Positions 1-9,451 of a stretch of 64,000 nt of DNA are shown piece after piece; the first letter of the stretch is position 1, and every line of letters begins with the position of its first letter. A program made the position numbers and the translations under genes. Location: assembly GCA_938015575.1 (NCBI GenBank), contig CALLPT010000177.1, forward strand, positions 8,182-72,181, given 5' to 3'. The notes beneath the pieces were generated by a model. The model saw nothing but the letters and a program-made list of their open reading frames with translations. It was not told the DNA's origin and ran no database searches. Source of the DNA: an uncultured Acidimicrobiales bacterium. GTDB lineage: Bacteria; Actinomycetota; Acidimicrobiia; Acidimicrobiales; UBA10347.

Positions 1-1630
1 ATGTGCGCCCCGCTCGGCGCAACGGAATGACCGTGGGACCGGCCGGCGCCGCAGGAGTCGGCGGGGCTGGTCGAGGTGAGGCCGACTCGGAGGCGGTGCC
101 TGCCGTCGACACATCGTCAGCCGCTGGCACGACCGGGAGCGAAGCGCTTCCAGCCAAGGGTTCGGCCGGGACGATCACGTCGACCGGCTCAGCGCTGGGA
201 AGCGACATCAGGATCCCGGCCACTGGTGTGATCTCACCCGGCATCATCCATGGCGGTTCCCGATCATGACCGCGGCTGTCCTCGTCGATCGACTCGATGA
301 GCGGTTCTTCGTCGAGCAACGACACCATGTCGACCGCCTCGGTCCGGGGACCAGCTTCGAGACTGAGTTCAAGATCCTGTTGCGGATCCTTTGCGATGTC
401 GCCGGTGAGCTCATCGGGCAGTTGGACCGGATCCGAAGCCGAGTCCTCGGCTGGCTCGGGCGTCGCAACGGCCTCGACCAGCCGCTCGCGGGCAATGCTG
501 GCCACGGCCTCGGTACGACTGGCGGCAGCATCGGCCCAGTGTGCGGCAGCGATCCGATGACGCCCGTCGGCGATCGCGAGATCACCCAACAGCAACGATG
601 CCTTGTCGGCCCAATACCCGGGATGCAGGCCTCGCACCGTTCCGAGCATCGTCGCCGCCGGCTCACCCATGTCGTGGGACAGATACACCTCGCCCAGGCG
701 ATAGGCGGCCCGCGCTCGGGTCTCACCGGAACCGCTGCCCGCGAGTTCTTCGAGCACGTCGATCGCGTCGTTCACTCGGCCCAGATCAATCTGGATCGAC
801 GTCATTCGGAACTGCTCTGCGACGCCAAAGCCCTCGACAGCCAACTGGTCAGGAGCCAACTCGTCGAGCAACGATTCGGCCTCGTCGAAGCGAGCGAGCC
901 GCACCATGAGTTCGATCCGATCGAGCGCCACGGCCGGGTCCACGGCGACCCCGAGCCCCGCTTCTTCGAGCAGTTGTTGGGCTTCGTCGTCGTGACCAAC
1001 GGCGCGCAACACTTCGACGAGGGACAAGATGGCTTGTTCACGGATGGTCGAGTCGGCCGCGTCGGTTGCTGCCCGATACGCCCGTTCGGCACGCTCGAGG
1101 TTACCCGCGGCCTGGGCGACGTCGCCGAGGCCGAGCATGGACTCGGCCAACAGGGGGCTCGCTGGATCTTGTTCCATCAAGCGGTCGGCGTGGCGGGCCA
1201 ACGCAGCCATCGCGCGTTCTTGCTGGTCGTCGTGATGCAGCGCGCGGGCGCGAGCCATCGTCGCCAGCCCCGCGTAGGGCGCAACACCATGGGCCTCGAC
1301 CGCCTCGAAGCGCTCCACCGCATCGTCGTACAAGCCGAGGTGTTCGTGCAGCAGTCCAAGATTGAACAAGGCACGAGCTGCCGGCGCGGTTTGACCAGAG
1401 ACGATCGCTTGTTGCCACGCAGCCAGCGCTCCACTGATGTCGCCGTCGAGGAACCGACAACCGCCGAGATCGACGAACGAGGACGCTCGCGCTGCAGGGC
1501 CGACTGCCGCGGCCAACTCCTGGGCACACGCGACGGCGTCGCCAGATCCCAGGCCGTGGCGCTCCAATTGATCAGTGACGACCGTAGCGAGCGCCGGAGG
1601 CCCCCACCGGACTACCCGATCAGCTCCCAT
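1..1630 (-). CDS. TPR-repeat protein, partial (C-terminal part lies beyond the left edge)
   Basis: Manual reverse-strand translation from ATG 1630-1628 gives MGADRVVRWGPPALATVVTDQLERHGLG...ALFNLGLLHEHLGLYDDAVERFEAV...LGDVAQAAGNLERAERAYRAA...LLGDLAIADGRHRIAAAHW, i.e. repeated TPR-like helix pairs. The frame stayed open in the stretches I translated, down to position 2. It has no stop in the window, which would explain its absence from the ORF track. The + ORF 266..1645 is its antisense shadow. Confidence 0.75.
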   Translation of the reverse strand, partial: MGADRVVRWGPPALATVVTDQLERHGLGSGDAVACAQELAAAVGPAARASSFVDLGGCRFLDGDISGALAAWQQAIVSGQTAPAARALFNLGLLHEHLGLYDDAVERFEAVEAHGVAPYAGLATMARARALHHDDQQERAMAALARHADRLMEQDPASPLLAESMLGLGDVAQAAGNLERAERAYRAATDAADSTIREQAILSLVEVLRAVGHDDEAQQLLEEAGLGVAVDPAVALDRIELMVRLARFDEAESLLDELAPDQLAVEGFGVAEQFRMTSIQIDLGRVNDAIDVLEELAGSGSGETRARAAYRLGEVYLSHDMGEPAATMLGTVRGLHPGYWADKASLLLGDLAIADGRHRIAAAHWADAAASRTEAVASIARERLVEAVATPEPAEDSASDPVQLPDELTGDIAKDPQQDLELSLEAGPRTEAVDMVSLLDEEPLIESIDEDSRGHDREPPWMMPGEITPVAGILMSLPSAEPVDVIVPAEPLAGSASLPVVPAADDVSTAGTASESASPRPAPPTPAAPAGPTVIPLRRAGRT

Positions 1631-1750
1631 CGCCGCCCAATCTAGCCACCGCCCACCTGACGGATCGACGACACTGAGGCGATGAGCGACCGAGCGCCGC
1701 AATGCGGGCCCGCCAGCGGTACCGCCGAGACACGCCAGTAGGGTGCGCCC

Positions 1751-2992
1751 GTGCAGCTGACGGCATCCCTCCCTGAGCCGTCGACCGAGCGAGTCGCCGT
1801 CCACCTACGGAAATCGGCGATCCGCGAGATTCGTTCCGGCCACCCCTGGGTCTGGGATGGATCCATCGAACGTCAGTCCAAACCTGGCGCGCCGGGAGAC
1901 ATCGCCGTGATCTTCGATCACAAACGCGACTTTGCCGCCATCGGGCTTCTCGACCCCGGCAGCCCGATCAGCATCCGTGTGCTTCATCACGGCAAGCCGC
2001 TCCAGATCGACGACGCCTTCTTCGCCGAGCGCATACTCACCGCCGTCAGTCGGCGCCAGCCCCTCATCGATGACCCGGAAACAAGCGGCTACCGCCTGGT
2101 GCATGGTGAGAACGACCACCTACCTGGACTCGTCGTCGACCGCTACGCCGACAGCCTGGTTGTACGACTCGATACCACCGCGTGGCTGCCCCACCTGCGA
2201 AGGGTGCTGGCCCCGCTCATCGAGCTCACCGAACCAGAACGCATCGTCCTGCGGGCCAGCCGCCGCATCTCGAGCTCGCTCCCGGCGGATCTCTACGACG
2301 GGGCGACCCTGCTCGGCAACCCTGCGACCGAGGCGATTAGCTTCCGCGAGAACGGACTCATCTTCGAGGCCGACATCGAGCGGGGCCAGAAGACGGGCCA
2401 CTTCCTCGATCAACGAGCCAATCGGCTGCTGGTCGGCGAACGCTGTCGCGACGCCGACGTGCTCGACGTGTTCTGCAACACCGGCGGCTTCTCGGTGCAT
2501 GCAGCCGCAGGCGGGGCGCGAAGCGTGCACAGCATCGACCTGAGCCCACACGCAATCGAGGCAACGTCGCGACACATGGAGCTCAATCGCAGCGAGCGCG
2601 GTTTCGACACCGAGCACACCACGGCAGTCGCCGATGCATTCAACGCGCTCGAATCGCTGGTCGACCGGCGAGCGCGGTTCGATGTCGCCATCGTCGATCC
2701 CCCGTCCTTTGCACCCAATGCGGCGTCGGTTCCGAGCGCTCGGCGCGCCTACCGGCGTTTGACTGCGCTGGCGATTCAACTGCTCGGCTCCGGTGGCACC
2801 TTGTTTCAGGCTTCGTGTTCGAGCCGTATCGACGCAATCGACTTTCATGATCTGATCGCGGATGAACTCGACATGGCCGGTTACAAGGCCACCGACGAGG
2901 TGCGCACCGCGCACACGATCGACCACCCGATCGCGTTTGCCGAAGGCGCCTACCTGAAAGCAACGCTCGCCGACATCACCCGACGCGGCTGA
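1751..2992 (+). CDS. rlmI: class I SAM-dependent rRNA m5C methyltransferase, RlmI/RlmK-like (PUA-like N-terminus plus MTase)
   Basis: Motifs RSGHPWVW, RLVHGENDHLPGLVVDRY, GQKTGHFLDQRANR, VLDVFCNTGGFSV, IVDPPSFA are typical of the RlmI family. Confidence 0.8.
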   Translation: MQLTASLPEPSTERVAVHLRKSAIREIRSGHPWVWDGSIERQSKPGAPGDIAVIFDHKRDFAAIGLLDPGSPISIRVLHHGKPLQIDDAFFAERILTAVSRRQPLIDDPETSGYRLVHGENDHLPGLVVDRYADSLVVRLDTTAWLPHLRRVLAPLIELTEPERIVLRASRRISSSLPADLYDGATLLGNPATEAISFRENGLIFEADIERGQKTGHFLDQRANRLLVGERCRDADVLDVFCNTGGFSVHAAAGGARSVHSIDLSPHAIEATSRHMELNRSERGFDTEHTTAVADAFNALESLVDRRARFDVAIVDPPSFAPNAASVPSARRAYRRLTALAIQLLGSGGTLFQASCSSRIDAIDFHDLIADELDMAGYKATDEVRTAHTIDHPIAFAEGAYLKATLADITRRG

Positions 2993-3052
2993 CCCGACAC
3001 TCGATCGGCGGGGGTCCTTGCAACCGCCCCTTGGGGCTGTAAGCGTTGCAGG

Positions 3053-3598
3053 GTGTCCGACACCGAAAATCAGTGGCCGAACGGCGACGGCGAGTCCCCC
3101 CGTCCCGCAGTAAGCCGCACTGTCCTTGGCGTGTTGCTCGCGCTGCTCGTCCTTGCCGTCGTCGTTGCGCTCTGGGCGCTCCTCACCGGTGGCGACGACA
3201 ATGTCGCCGACGATGTCGAAGTCACGACGGCTGCCGTGCCGACGGCGCTGCCGATTCCCACCTCGACTCCTGCGCCAACGGGAATCCCCGAAGACGCACC
3301 GACACCGACTCCCACCCCAGTGCCGACCGCACTCCCCGAAGGCTTCGAAGCGTGTGGCGACAGCCGTGCCCCGCTCCTGTCAGCGACCTACATCGTGGAC
3401 ACGCTGTCGACCCCGTTGAACCAACGCGCCGAACCCGCGGTCGACGGCGCACTGATGGGCACGTTCGAACCCGCCCAATCAGGACTCGTGTTCACCGGAG
3501 ACTGCGTCGTCAACCTGAGCGATGGGTACGTGTGGTGGGAGATCAACAACGGCACCGATGACGTCTGGATCGCCAGCAGCTTCGTCACCCCGAACTAG
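3053..3598 (+). CDS. membrane-anchored protein with Pro/Thr-rich linker and SH3b-like C-terminal domain
   Basis: N-terminal TM helix (VLGVLLALLVLAVVVALWALL), TPAPT/PTPTPTPVPT linker, and a C-terminal beta-rich module ending GYVWWEINNGTDDVWIASSFV. No closer family recognised. Confidence 0.55.
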   Translation: MSDTENQWPNGDGESPRPAVSRTVLGVLLALLVLAVVVALWALLTGGDDNVADDVEVTTAAVPTALPIPTSTPAPTGIPEDAPTPTPTPVPTALPEGFEACGDSRAPLLSATYIVDTLSTPLNQRAEPAVDGALMGTFEPAQSGLVFTGDCVVNLSDGYVWWEINNGTDDVWIASSFVTPN

Positions 3599-3668
3599 CT
3601 GAACCGGCCGCGGCTCCAGGCGACACTTCGATGCGCACCGACCTTCGACCGCGCCATAACGTCGAAGC

Positions 3669-4826
3669 GTGAGCATCGATTGGAACGCCGCTAACCCCTT
3701 CTTCACCGAGGACCATCGCGCCTACGCGCAGACGGTTCGCACCTTTACCCAGAACGAGATCGTGCCGAACGTCGATGCGTGGGAGCGCGACGGCTATGTC
3801 GATCGAGACCTGTACCGAACGGCCGGCGCGATCGGCCTGTTCGGTGATGGCTTCGAAGCGGAGTACGGAGGCCACGGCCAACGCGATGCCCTGCTTCGTT
3901 ACGTGATCATGGACGAACTCTCCCAAGCCGGATCCGGTGGCGTCGTCGCGTCGGTCCTGTCGAACTACATCGGCCTGCCACCGATCCAACGGTTCGGTTC
4001 CGACGAACTCAAGGCTCGCGTCATCGCACCCTGCCAAACCGGCGAGGCCATCGCCGCGTTGGCCATCACCGAACCGTCGGGCGGTAGCGATGTGGCCCGA
4101 ATCAAAACGACCGCACGCCGAGACGGTGACGAGTTCGTCGTCAACGGGTCCAAGACTTTCATCACGTCGGGCATGCGGGCCGACTTCTACACGGTCGCGG
4201 TTCGCACCGGCACCGAAGGACCGGCAGGCATTTCTTTGCTCCTGATCGAAGCCGATCGCGCCGGTTTCGAGCGGACTCCGCTCGAGAAGATGGGCTGGCT
4301 GTCGAGCGACACGGCGACCCTCTATTTCGACGACGTCCGCGTGCCCGTCACCAACCTGATCGGCGAAGAGAACACCGGGTTCTCTGCGATCGTGAACAAC
4401 TTCAACGCCGAACGCATCGACATGGCCGTGCAGTCCACGAGCTTCGCTCGCGTGTGCTTCGACGAAGCCCTGCACTGGGCGAGGGAGCGCGAGACGTTCG
4501 GCAAGCGCCTCGCCGATCATCAGGTGATCCGCCACAAGCTCGTCGAGATGGATCGCCGAATCAGGGCCGGCGAGGCGTGGAACCAGTTGCTCGCCTGGCG
4601 CTTGAACCAGGGCGACGACCCCGTTGCCGAGATTGCCGAAGCCAAGGTCGCCGCGACCACAACCTTTGAGTTCTGTGCCCGCGAGGCCGCCCAGATCCTG
4701 GGCGGCGCGAGCTTCCTGCGAGGCAGTGTCGTCGAACGGCTCTACCGCGAGGTACGAGTACAAGCCATTGGCGGCGGATCCGAAGAGATCATGCGCGACC
4801 TGGCTTCACGTCAACTCGGCCTCTGA
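3669..4826 (+). CDS. acyl-CoA dehydrogenase
   Basis: ALAITEPSGGSDVA, FVVNGSKTFITSG and the C-terminal IGGGSEEIMRDLASRQL are canonical ACAD motifs. GTG start. Confidence 0.9.
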   Translation: MSIDWNAANPFFTEDHRAYAQTVRTFTQNEIVPNVDAWERDGYVDRDLYRTAGAIGLFGDGFEAEYGGHGQRDALLRYVIMDELSQAGSGGVVASVLSNYIGLPPIQRFGSDELKARVIAPCQTGEAIAALAITEPSGGSDVARIKTTARRDGDEFVVNGSKTFITSGMRADFYTVAVRTGTEGPAGISLLLIEADRAGFERTPLEKMGWLSSDTATLYFDDVRVPVTNLIGEENTGFSAIVNNFNAERIDMAVQSTSFARVCFDEALHWARERETFGKRLADHQVIRHKLVEMDRRIRAGEAWNQLLAWRLNQGDDPVAEIAEAKVAATTTFEFCAREAAQILGGASFLRGSVVERLYREVRVQAIGGGSEEIMRDLASRQLGL

Positions 4827-4860
4827 TCGCCGCGGGACACTCGCACCAACTCGAAACCGA

Positions 4861-6291
4861 CTACCAGTCGTCGTCGTTGTCCCAGTCGTCATCGGCCCGA
4901 GCTGGAGACCCCGGCGGCGCGTCGGCGGCGCTCGCCGTGTCGGGTCGGGGCGGATCACCGGCATCGTCGGGCACGACCGCCGATGCCACGACCCGCGGTA
5001 CGGCCTGGGCCGCGTCGGCAGGCCGTGTGCTCTCGGCCGAAGCGACCGCCTCGATCTGTGGGGTTTCACCGGTCGGCACAAGTTCGGGTGGAAGTTGGGT
5101 AACCGGCACCGTCGGTTGGCCCGCGTACTGGGGTGCTGCCATGCCGGGTTGGGCGAACGGCCCGACCGGATATTGCTGGTAAGGATTCGGCGCGTAGGGC
5201 TGACCCGGATACGGCTGACCCCAGCCCGGTGCCGCGGGATAGCCATACGGCGGATACCCGACGGGGACGGCCGCGGCGACGGGAACCTGTTGAGGTTGCG
5301 GGGTCGGCTGCTGCGGTTCGGGGGTGCCGCGGCGACGACGGACCGAATGCGATCCTCGCTCGTCGGTCACGTGGCCATACACCCAGTCGTCGGGCCAGAT
5401 CAGCTTTGCGATGCCACCAACGACGGCAAGTACCGCGCCGATGACCATGACTCGGAACATGACACTGACCAGTGGGCCGAGGTTGGCCGCGTACGTCGCC
5501 ACCACCGGGCCGGCCGAGCTTCCGCTGCTGGTGAGCAGGGGCACCAGTGCTCGCACGATGTAGACGACCACGACGACGACCAGTGCGAGCCCGATCATGC
5601 CCATGCCGAATTGGATGACCCGCGACGGACGCCGCTCGGCGACGGCAACGGCACCGACCAGCGACAGGACCGCGAGCGCAAAGGTCAAACCTCGCCAGCT
5701 CGGCCCGTTCTCGACGAACCACCAAGCGGCGTTGACCGTGGTCTCACGATCGGCCACGGCGTAGATCCCATAGCTATCCGGGACCGCGTTTTGCGTGATC
5801 TCGGCCGTACGAGGATCGCCAGCAAGTGCTTCGTAGATCGACGGATACAGCCGGCGAGCATCGAAGTAGACCTGGCCAGTGTCACGCAGAAGCGCTGCAT
5901 CGGGAAGCTCGGCGGCACGAATGACCTGTGCCTGGACCGAGCCGAGCTGCTCGGTGAACATCTGGCGGTAGACGTCGCTGTCGAAGGCATCGAGCAAGAT
6001 CTCTTCGATGGCCTGATCGCGTTCGATCTGGGCATCGGTGACCGGCGACGCCTCGTCGACGACCTCGTCGTCGGCGCCGTCTTCGTCGGCTGGGTCGTCG
6101 GGCGCGGTCAGGTCCTCGCCCTCGGCCAACGCAATGATCTCGGTCCGGAATCCATCGAACAGCCGCTCGCGAACATCAGCGTTGTCGGCCAGCGTCTCGG
6201 TGTTGGCCAAGAAGTTTTCAGGGGTGTGGAAGTGATCGTCGACGTACCGAAATACTCCGGCAAACAATGCTGCGAGCACACCGATCGCCAC
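4861..6291 (-). CDS. integral membrane protein with long P/Q/Y/G-rich low-complexity C-terminal tail
   Basis: 476-aa ORF with several TM helices in the middle (LTFALAVLSLVGAVAVA, MIGLALVVVVVVYIV, VMVIGAVLAVVGGIA). The tail is GYPPYGYPAAPGWGQPYPGQPYAPNPYQQYP...DDDWDNDDDW. The + ORF 4624..6387 is judged a shadow. Confidence 0.6.
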   Translation of the reverse strand: MAIGVLAALFAGVFRYVDDHFHTPENFLANTETLADNADVRERLFDGFRTEIIALAEGEDLTAPDDPADEDGADDEVVDEASPVTDAQIERDQAIEEILLDAFDSDVYRQMFTEQLGSVQAQVIRAAELPDAALLRDTGQVYFDARRLYPSIYEALAGDPRTAEITQNAVPDSYGIYAVADRETTVNAAWWFVENGPSWRGLTFALAVLSLVGAVAVAERRPSRVIQFGMGMIGLALVVVVVVYIVRALVPLLTSSGSSAGPVVATYAANLGPLVSVMFRVMVIGAVLAVVGGIAKLIWPDDWVYGHVTDERGSHSVRRRRGTPEPQQPTPQPQQVPVAAAVPVGYPPYGYPAAPGWGQPYPGQPYAPNPYQQYPVGPFAQPGMAAPQYAGQPTVPVTQLPPELVPTGETPQIEAVASAESTRPADAAQAVPRVVASAVVPDDAGDPPRPDTASAADAPPGSPARADDDWDNDDDW

Positions 6292-6463
6292 GAGACCACT
6301 TGCTGCTACGCGTCGAATCGCACTTCTCCCCGTGCTGGGCCACTCGATCAGCAGCCAACTGGTTCCACACTAATGCTTCGATGCTGAATCCGCTTTCAGC
6401 CTGGGGAGCGATCCCTACCGACGCGCGCTGCACCAGGGCCGGGGAAAGACCGATGCCTGGGGA

Positions 6464-6673
6464 TCAGAACAAGCCGCGGAGGCCGAGAATCAGCATCACC
6501 ACAATCGCCACGGCCATGAGCCCCGCGACAAGTGCGGCGATACCGAAGCCCCAATCGGGTTTACGCATGGATGCAGCGTACGCGCTCGCCAACCAGTCGT
6601 TCGCGGTCGCCGCGACGCTGCTGCCGTTCGCAAGAGTTTGGCAAGAATGCTGCGGTCCCCCGCTTGTCGCCAA
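6464..6673 (-). CDS. possible small single-TM protein (alternative start ATG 6568 gives 34 aa)
   Basis: The C-terminal part [34 protein letters not shown] is a clean TM helix. No convincing SD, so weak. Confidence 0.25.
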   Translation of the reverse strand: MATSGGPQHSCQTLANGSSVAATANDWLASAYAASMRKPDWGFGIAALVAGLMAVAIVVMLILGLRGLF

Positions 6674-6696
6674 CCCCTTCTCCTACGATTTCGGAT

Positions 6697-7389
6697 GTGA
6701 CGACGTCGGCCCCGACCATCTTGATCGCCGAGGACGACCGTGCCGTTCGCGATGCGCTCGAGCGAGCGTTGCAGTTCGAGGGCTACACGGTTCATGCCGC
6801 GCCGAATGGTGCACAGGCGCTCGACCTCTTCGCCGAAAGCGAGCCCGACGCGATCATCCTCGACGTGATGATGCCTGGCCTTGATGGCCTGACCGTCTGT
6901 CGTCGGCTTCGCGACAAAGGTGTGCGCACCCCGGTTCTCATGCTGACCGCACGTCACGAGGTTTCTGATCGGGTCGCCGGACTCGATGCCGGGGCCGACG
7001 ACTATCTGGTCAAGCCGTACTCGCTCGACGAGTTGTTCGCGCGCATTCGGTCCCTGCTGCGCCGCAACGGCGTCACCGGCGACGACAGCCAGACCTTTGT
7101 GCTCGACGACCTGCGGATGGATCTCGCAGCTCGGCGGGTGACGCGCAACGGGGTCGAGATCACGCTGACCAAGACCGAGTTCGACCTGTTGGAACTTCTG
7201 CTGCACAACGTCGACATCGTCTTGAGTCGCGACCTGATCTATGAACGCATCTGGGGCTACGACTTCGAGACCGGGTCCAAGTCACTCGACGTTTACATCG
7301 GCTACCTGCGCCGCAAGCTCGAAGCCGATGGCGCCACGCGGCTCATCCACACGGTGCGCGGCGTCGGCTACGTCGCCCGCTCCCACTGA
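6697..7389 (+). CDS. OmpR/PhoB-family response regulator (MprA-like)
   Basis: In-frame GTG at 6697 gives 230 aa. The receiver has ILIAEDD...[11 protein letters not shown]...[43 protein letters not shown], followed by a winged-helix output (IHTVRGVGY). The listed start 6532 adds an implausible Arg/Ser-rich extension. Confidence 0.9.
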   Translation: MTTSAPTILIAEDDRAVRDALERALQFEGYTVHAAPNGAQALDLFAESEPDAIILDVMMPGLDGLTVCRRLRDKGVRTPVLMLTARHEVSDRVAGLDAGADDYLVKPYSLDELFARIRSLLRRNGVTGDDSQTFVLDDLRMDLAARRVTRNGVEITLTKTEFDLLELLLHNVDIVLSRDLIYERIWGYDFETGSKSLDVYIGYLRRKLEADGATRLIHTVRGVGYVARSH

Positions 7390-7393
7390 CACC

Positions 7394-8848
7394 ATGAGCT
7401 TGCGCTCACGCCTCGCGCTGCTCATCGCGGCGACGGTCCTACTGGCGTCTGCGCTCGGCGGCATCGGCGTCGCGCTGTCGTCGCGATCGGTCGGACTCGA
7501 GGGGGTCGACGCTCGGCTGTATGACGATGTGGCGCCCTTGGATACCGAAAACCCCCGGCTCGGGGGCCAGCTGCGTGCCCTGCTCGAACTGCGCCGCCTC
7601 ACGTGCGCCGCGGAACCCGAGACCTTGGCCGACACGACCGAACCCGCCGTCGGCTCTGGCCCCCGCCTGCCGCGTGGCGAGCGCTTTGCCGCGTTCATCT
7701 CTGACTTCTCGTCTTCGATGCAGGTCATTCGCAACGACGGCGTCGTCGAGTCGGCGTGCCGGGTCCTCCCGATCGACAGCACCGAAGCGGCGATCGCCGA
7801 GGCCGGCACTGGCGAGTCGATTCGTACCGTCACCGTCGACGACGAACGGTTCCGGGTGCTGACGACCGGCTTCGGTGACCTCGGCGCCGTGCAGGTCGCC
7901 CGAAGCGTCGAGTTGACCGAGAGCACCTTGCGGGGGTTGTTCGTCCGCATCGTCGGGTTTGGCATCGTCGGTGCACTCATCGCGGGTTTGCTCGGCTGGT
8001 ATTTCACTCGTCGAGCAACAGAGCCAATCGAGCAACTCAGCGATGCCGCAAACCGAGTCGCCTCGACCCAGGACCTCGGCGAGCGCATCTCCGTTGATGG
8101 CACCGGAGAGATCTCGACACTCGCGTCGAGCTTCAACACGATGCTCGAATCGCTGGACACCTCGCGCGAACAGCAACGCCGCCTGGTCCAAGATGCCAGC
8201 CATGAGCTGCGTACGCCGCTCACGTCGATGCGCACCAACCTGGAGCTTCTTCAACGCCATCCCGATGTCGAACCGGAGCTGCGAGGTCGAATCCTCGACG
8301 ACATCGGCGACGAGCTTGCCGAGCTGAGCGAACTCACTGCCGAGCTCGTCGACTCGGCGACCGAGATCCGCGACGACCTCGGCCAGCGAATGACGGTCGA
8401 CCTGGGCGACATCGTCGCCGACTGTGTCGAGCGAGCGAGACGGCGACATCGACGACCGGTTGAGCTCGAGACCGCCACCGGCGAGTCGGTAGTACTTGCG
8501 GATCCGGCCCTGCTCGCGCGTGCCATCACCAACCTGATCAACAACGCGGCCAAGTTCTCCGAGCCGCCGTCGACGATTCGTGTCGTGCACGCGGGCACCA
8601 GCGTCCTGGTCCTCGACGAAGGCCCTGGCGTCAGCGACACGGATCTCACGCGCATCTTCGACCGCTTCTATCGGGCCGACGAAGCGCGGACCGCTCCCGG
8701 CTCCGGACTCGGGCTGGCCATCGTCAAACAAGTCGTCGAGGGCCACGACGGCACGTTGCATGCCACCAACCGTTCTGGTGGCGGGTTCGAAGTCGGGTTC
8801 TCGCTACCCGCGGCTCGCGCCGCAGCCAACCCCGCGACAGGGCGCTAG
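7394..8848 (+). CDS. sensor histidine kinase (2 TM, HAMP, HisKA, HATPase_c; MprB-like)
   Basis: ATG 7394 lies 5 nt after the regulator stop. H-box is ASHELRTPLTSMRTNLELL, N box INNAAKFS, G boxes DEGPGV and GSGLGLAIV. The listed start 7241 overlaps the regulator gene. Confidence 0.9.
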   Translation: MSLRSRLALLIAATVLLASALGGIGVALSSRSVGLEGVDARLYDDVAPLDTENPRLGGQLRALLELRRLTCAAEPETLADTTEPAVGSGPRLPRGERFAAFISDFSSSMQVIRNDGVVESACRVLPIDSTEAAIAEAGTGESIRTVTVDDERFRVLTTGFGDLGAVQVARSVELTESTLRGLFVRIVGFGIVGALIAGLLGWYFTRRATEPIEQLSDAANRVASTQDLGERISVDGTGEISTLASSFNTMLESLDTSREQQRRLVQDASHELRTPLTSMRTNLELLQRHPDVEPELRGRILDDIGDELAELSELTAELVDSATEIRDDLGQRMTVDLGDIVADCVERARRRHRRPVELETATGESVVLADPALLARAITNLINNAAKFSEPPSTIRVVHAGTSVLVLDEGPGVSDTDLTRIFDRFYRADEARTAPGSGLGLAIVKQVVEGHDGTLHATNRSGGGFEVGFSLPAARAAANPATGR

Positions 8849-9451
8849 CCAGCGCTGGTTCATCATCTCGACGCAATCTGGCATCGCAGCGAGCATCTCG
8901 GCCGTTGCGCACAGTGGCAGGCCGACGACGTTGGACCAACAACCGTCGATCTTGTCCATGAATGGCGCAGCTCGGCCTTGGAGTTCAAGTGCGCCGGCCT
9001 TGTCGGCGGCGGCACCGGTCGCGACATACGCCCGGATTTCTTCGATGCCAAGCCGGCGGAGTCGCACCGACGTCGTCATGGTCCGGCGCATCGGATCCTC
9101 GCCAACCTTGCCGGCACAGACCGCCGAGACGATCGTCAGCTCTTGACCCGACAGGCGCCGCAAGGTCGCTTCGGCATCGGGGCGCGAAGTGGGCTTCCCC
9201 AGCACGGCTCCCCCGCCCGCGACCAGCGTGTCCGCGGTCAACAGTGCGCGGCCATAGTGCGTGGCGTCGTCGAACGCCTCGAATTTGGCAACCGAGGTTC
9301 GTTCGACGCTCGCGTGCACATTTCCGTCAACCAATCCGGCTTCGTCGACGGGGGCAACGAGGACTTCGAAAGCCACCTCGAGTTGCGCCAGCAGGTCGCG
9401 TCGCCGCGGCGACCCCGATCCGAGGATGAGCGCCGGAACGGGCTCAGCCAC
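8804..9451 (-). CDS. maf: Maf-like nucleoside triphosphate pyrophosphatase
   Basis: LILGSGSPRRRDLLAQL, LLTADTLV and KAGALELQG...VVGLPL are Maf family motifs. Its 3' end overlaps the kinase 3' end by 45 nt (convergent). Confidence 0.85.
   Translation of the reverse strand: MAEPVPALILGSGSPRRRDLLAQLEVAFEVLVAPVDEAGLVDGNVHASVERTSVAKFEAFDDATHYGRALLTADTLVAGGGAVLGKPTSRPDAEATLRRLSGQELTIVSAVCAGKVGEDPMRRTMTTSVRLRRLGIEEIRAYVATGAAADKAGALELQGRAAPFMDKIDGCWSNVVGLPLCATAEMLAAMPDCVEMMNQRWLAPCRGVGCGASRG

Noticed and set aside
266-1645. 459-aa + strand ORF
   Set aside because: It has an Arg/Gly/Val/Leu-rich composition with no recognisable motifs. It lies exactly antisense to a coherent TPR-like protein on the minus strand, so I judge it a high-GC shadow ORF.
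4624-6387. 587-aa + strand ORF
   Set aside because: It is antisense to the membrane protein 4861..6291, overlaps the end of the acyl-CoA dehydrogenase gene, and is extremely Arg/Gly/Pro-rich. I judge it a shadow ORF.
6532-6696. N-terminal extensions of listed ORFs (e.g. 6532, 7241, 21678, 22309, 27666, 35182, 36625, 45618, 57131, 57631, 59417, 59818, 60246, 61460)
   Set aside because: The extensions overlap the preceding gene or are Arg/Pro-rich junk. In-frame downstream ATG/GTG/TTG codons, several with SD sequences or stop-start overlaps, give family-typical lengths.
8804-8848. 45-nt convergent overlap of the histidine kinase and maf 3' ends
   Set aside because: Both ORFs have defined stops, so the overlap is probably real. 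Short convergent overlaps are common in compact high-GC genomes, and the last about 25 residues of the Maf ORF are non-conserved. No evidence for a special mechanism.
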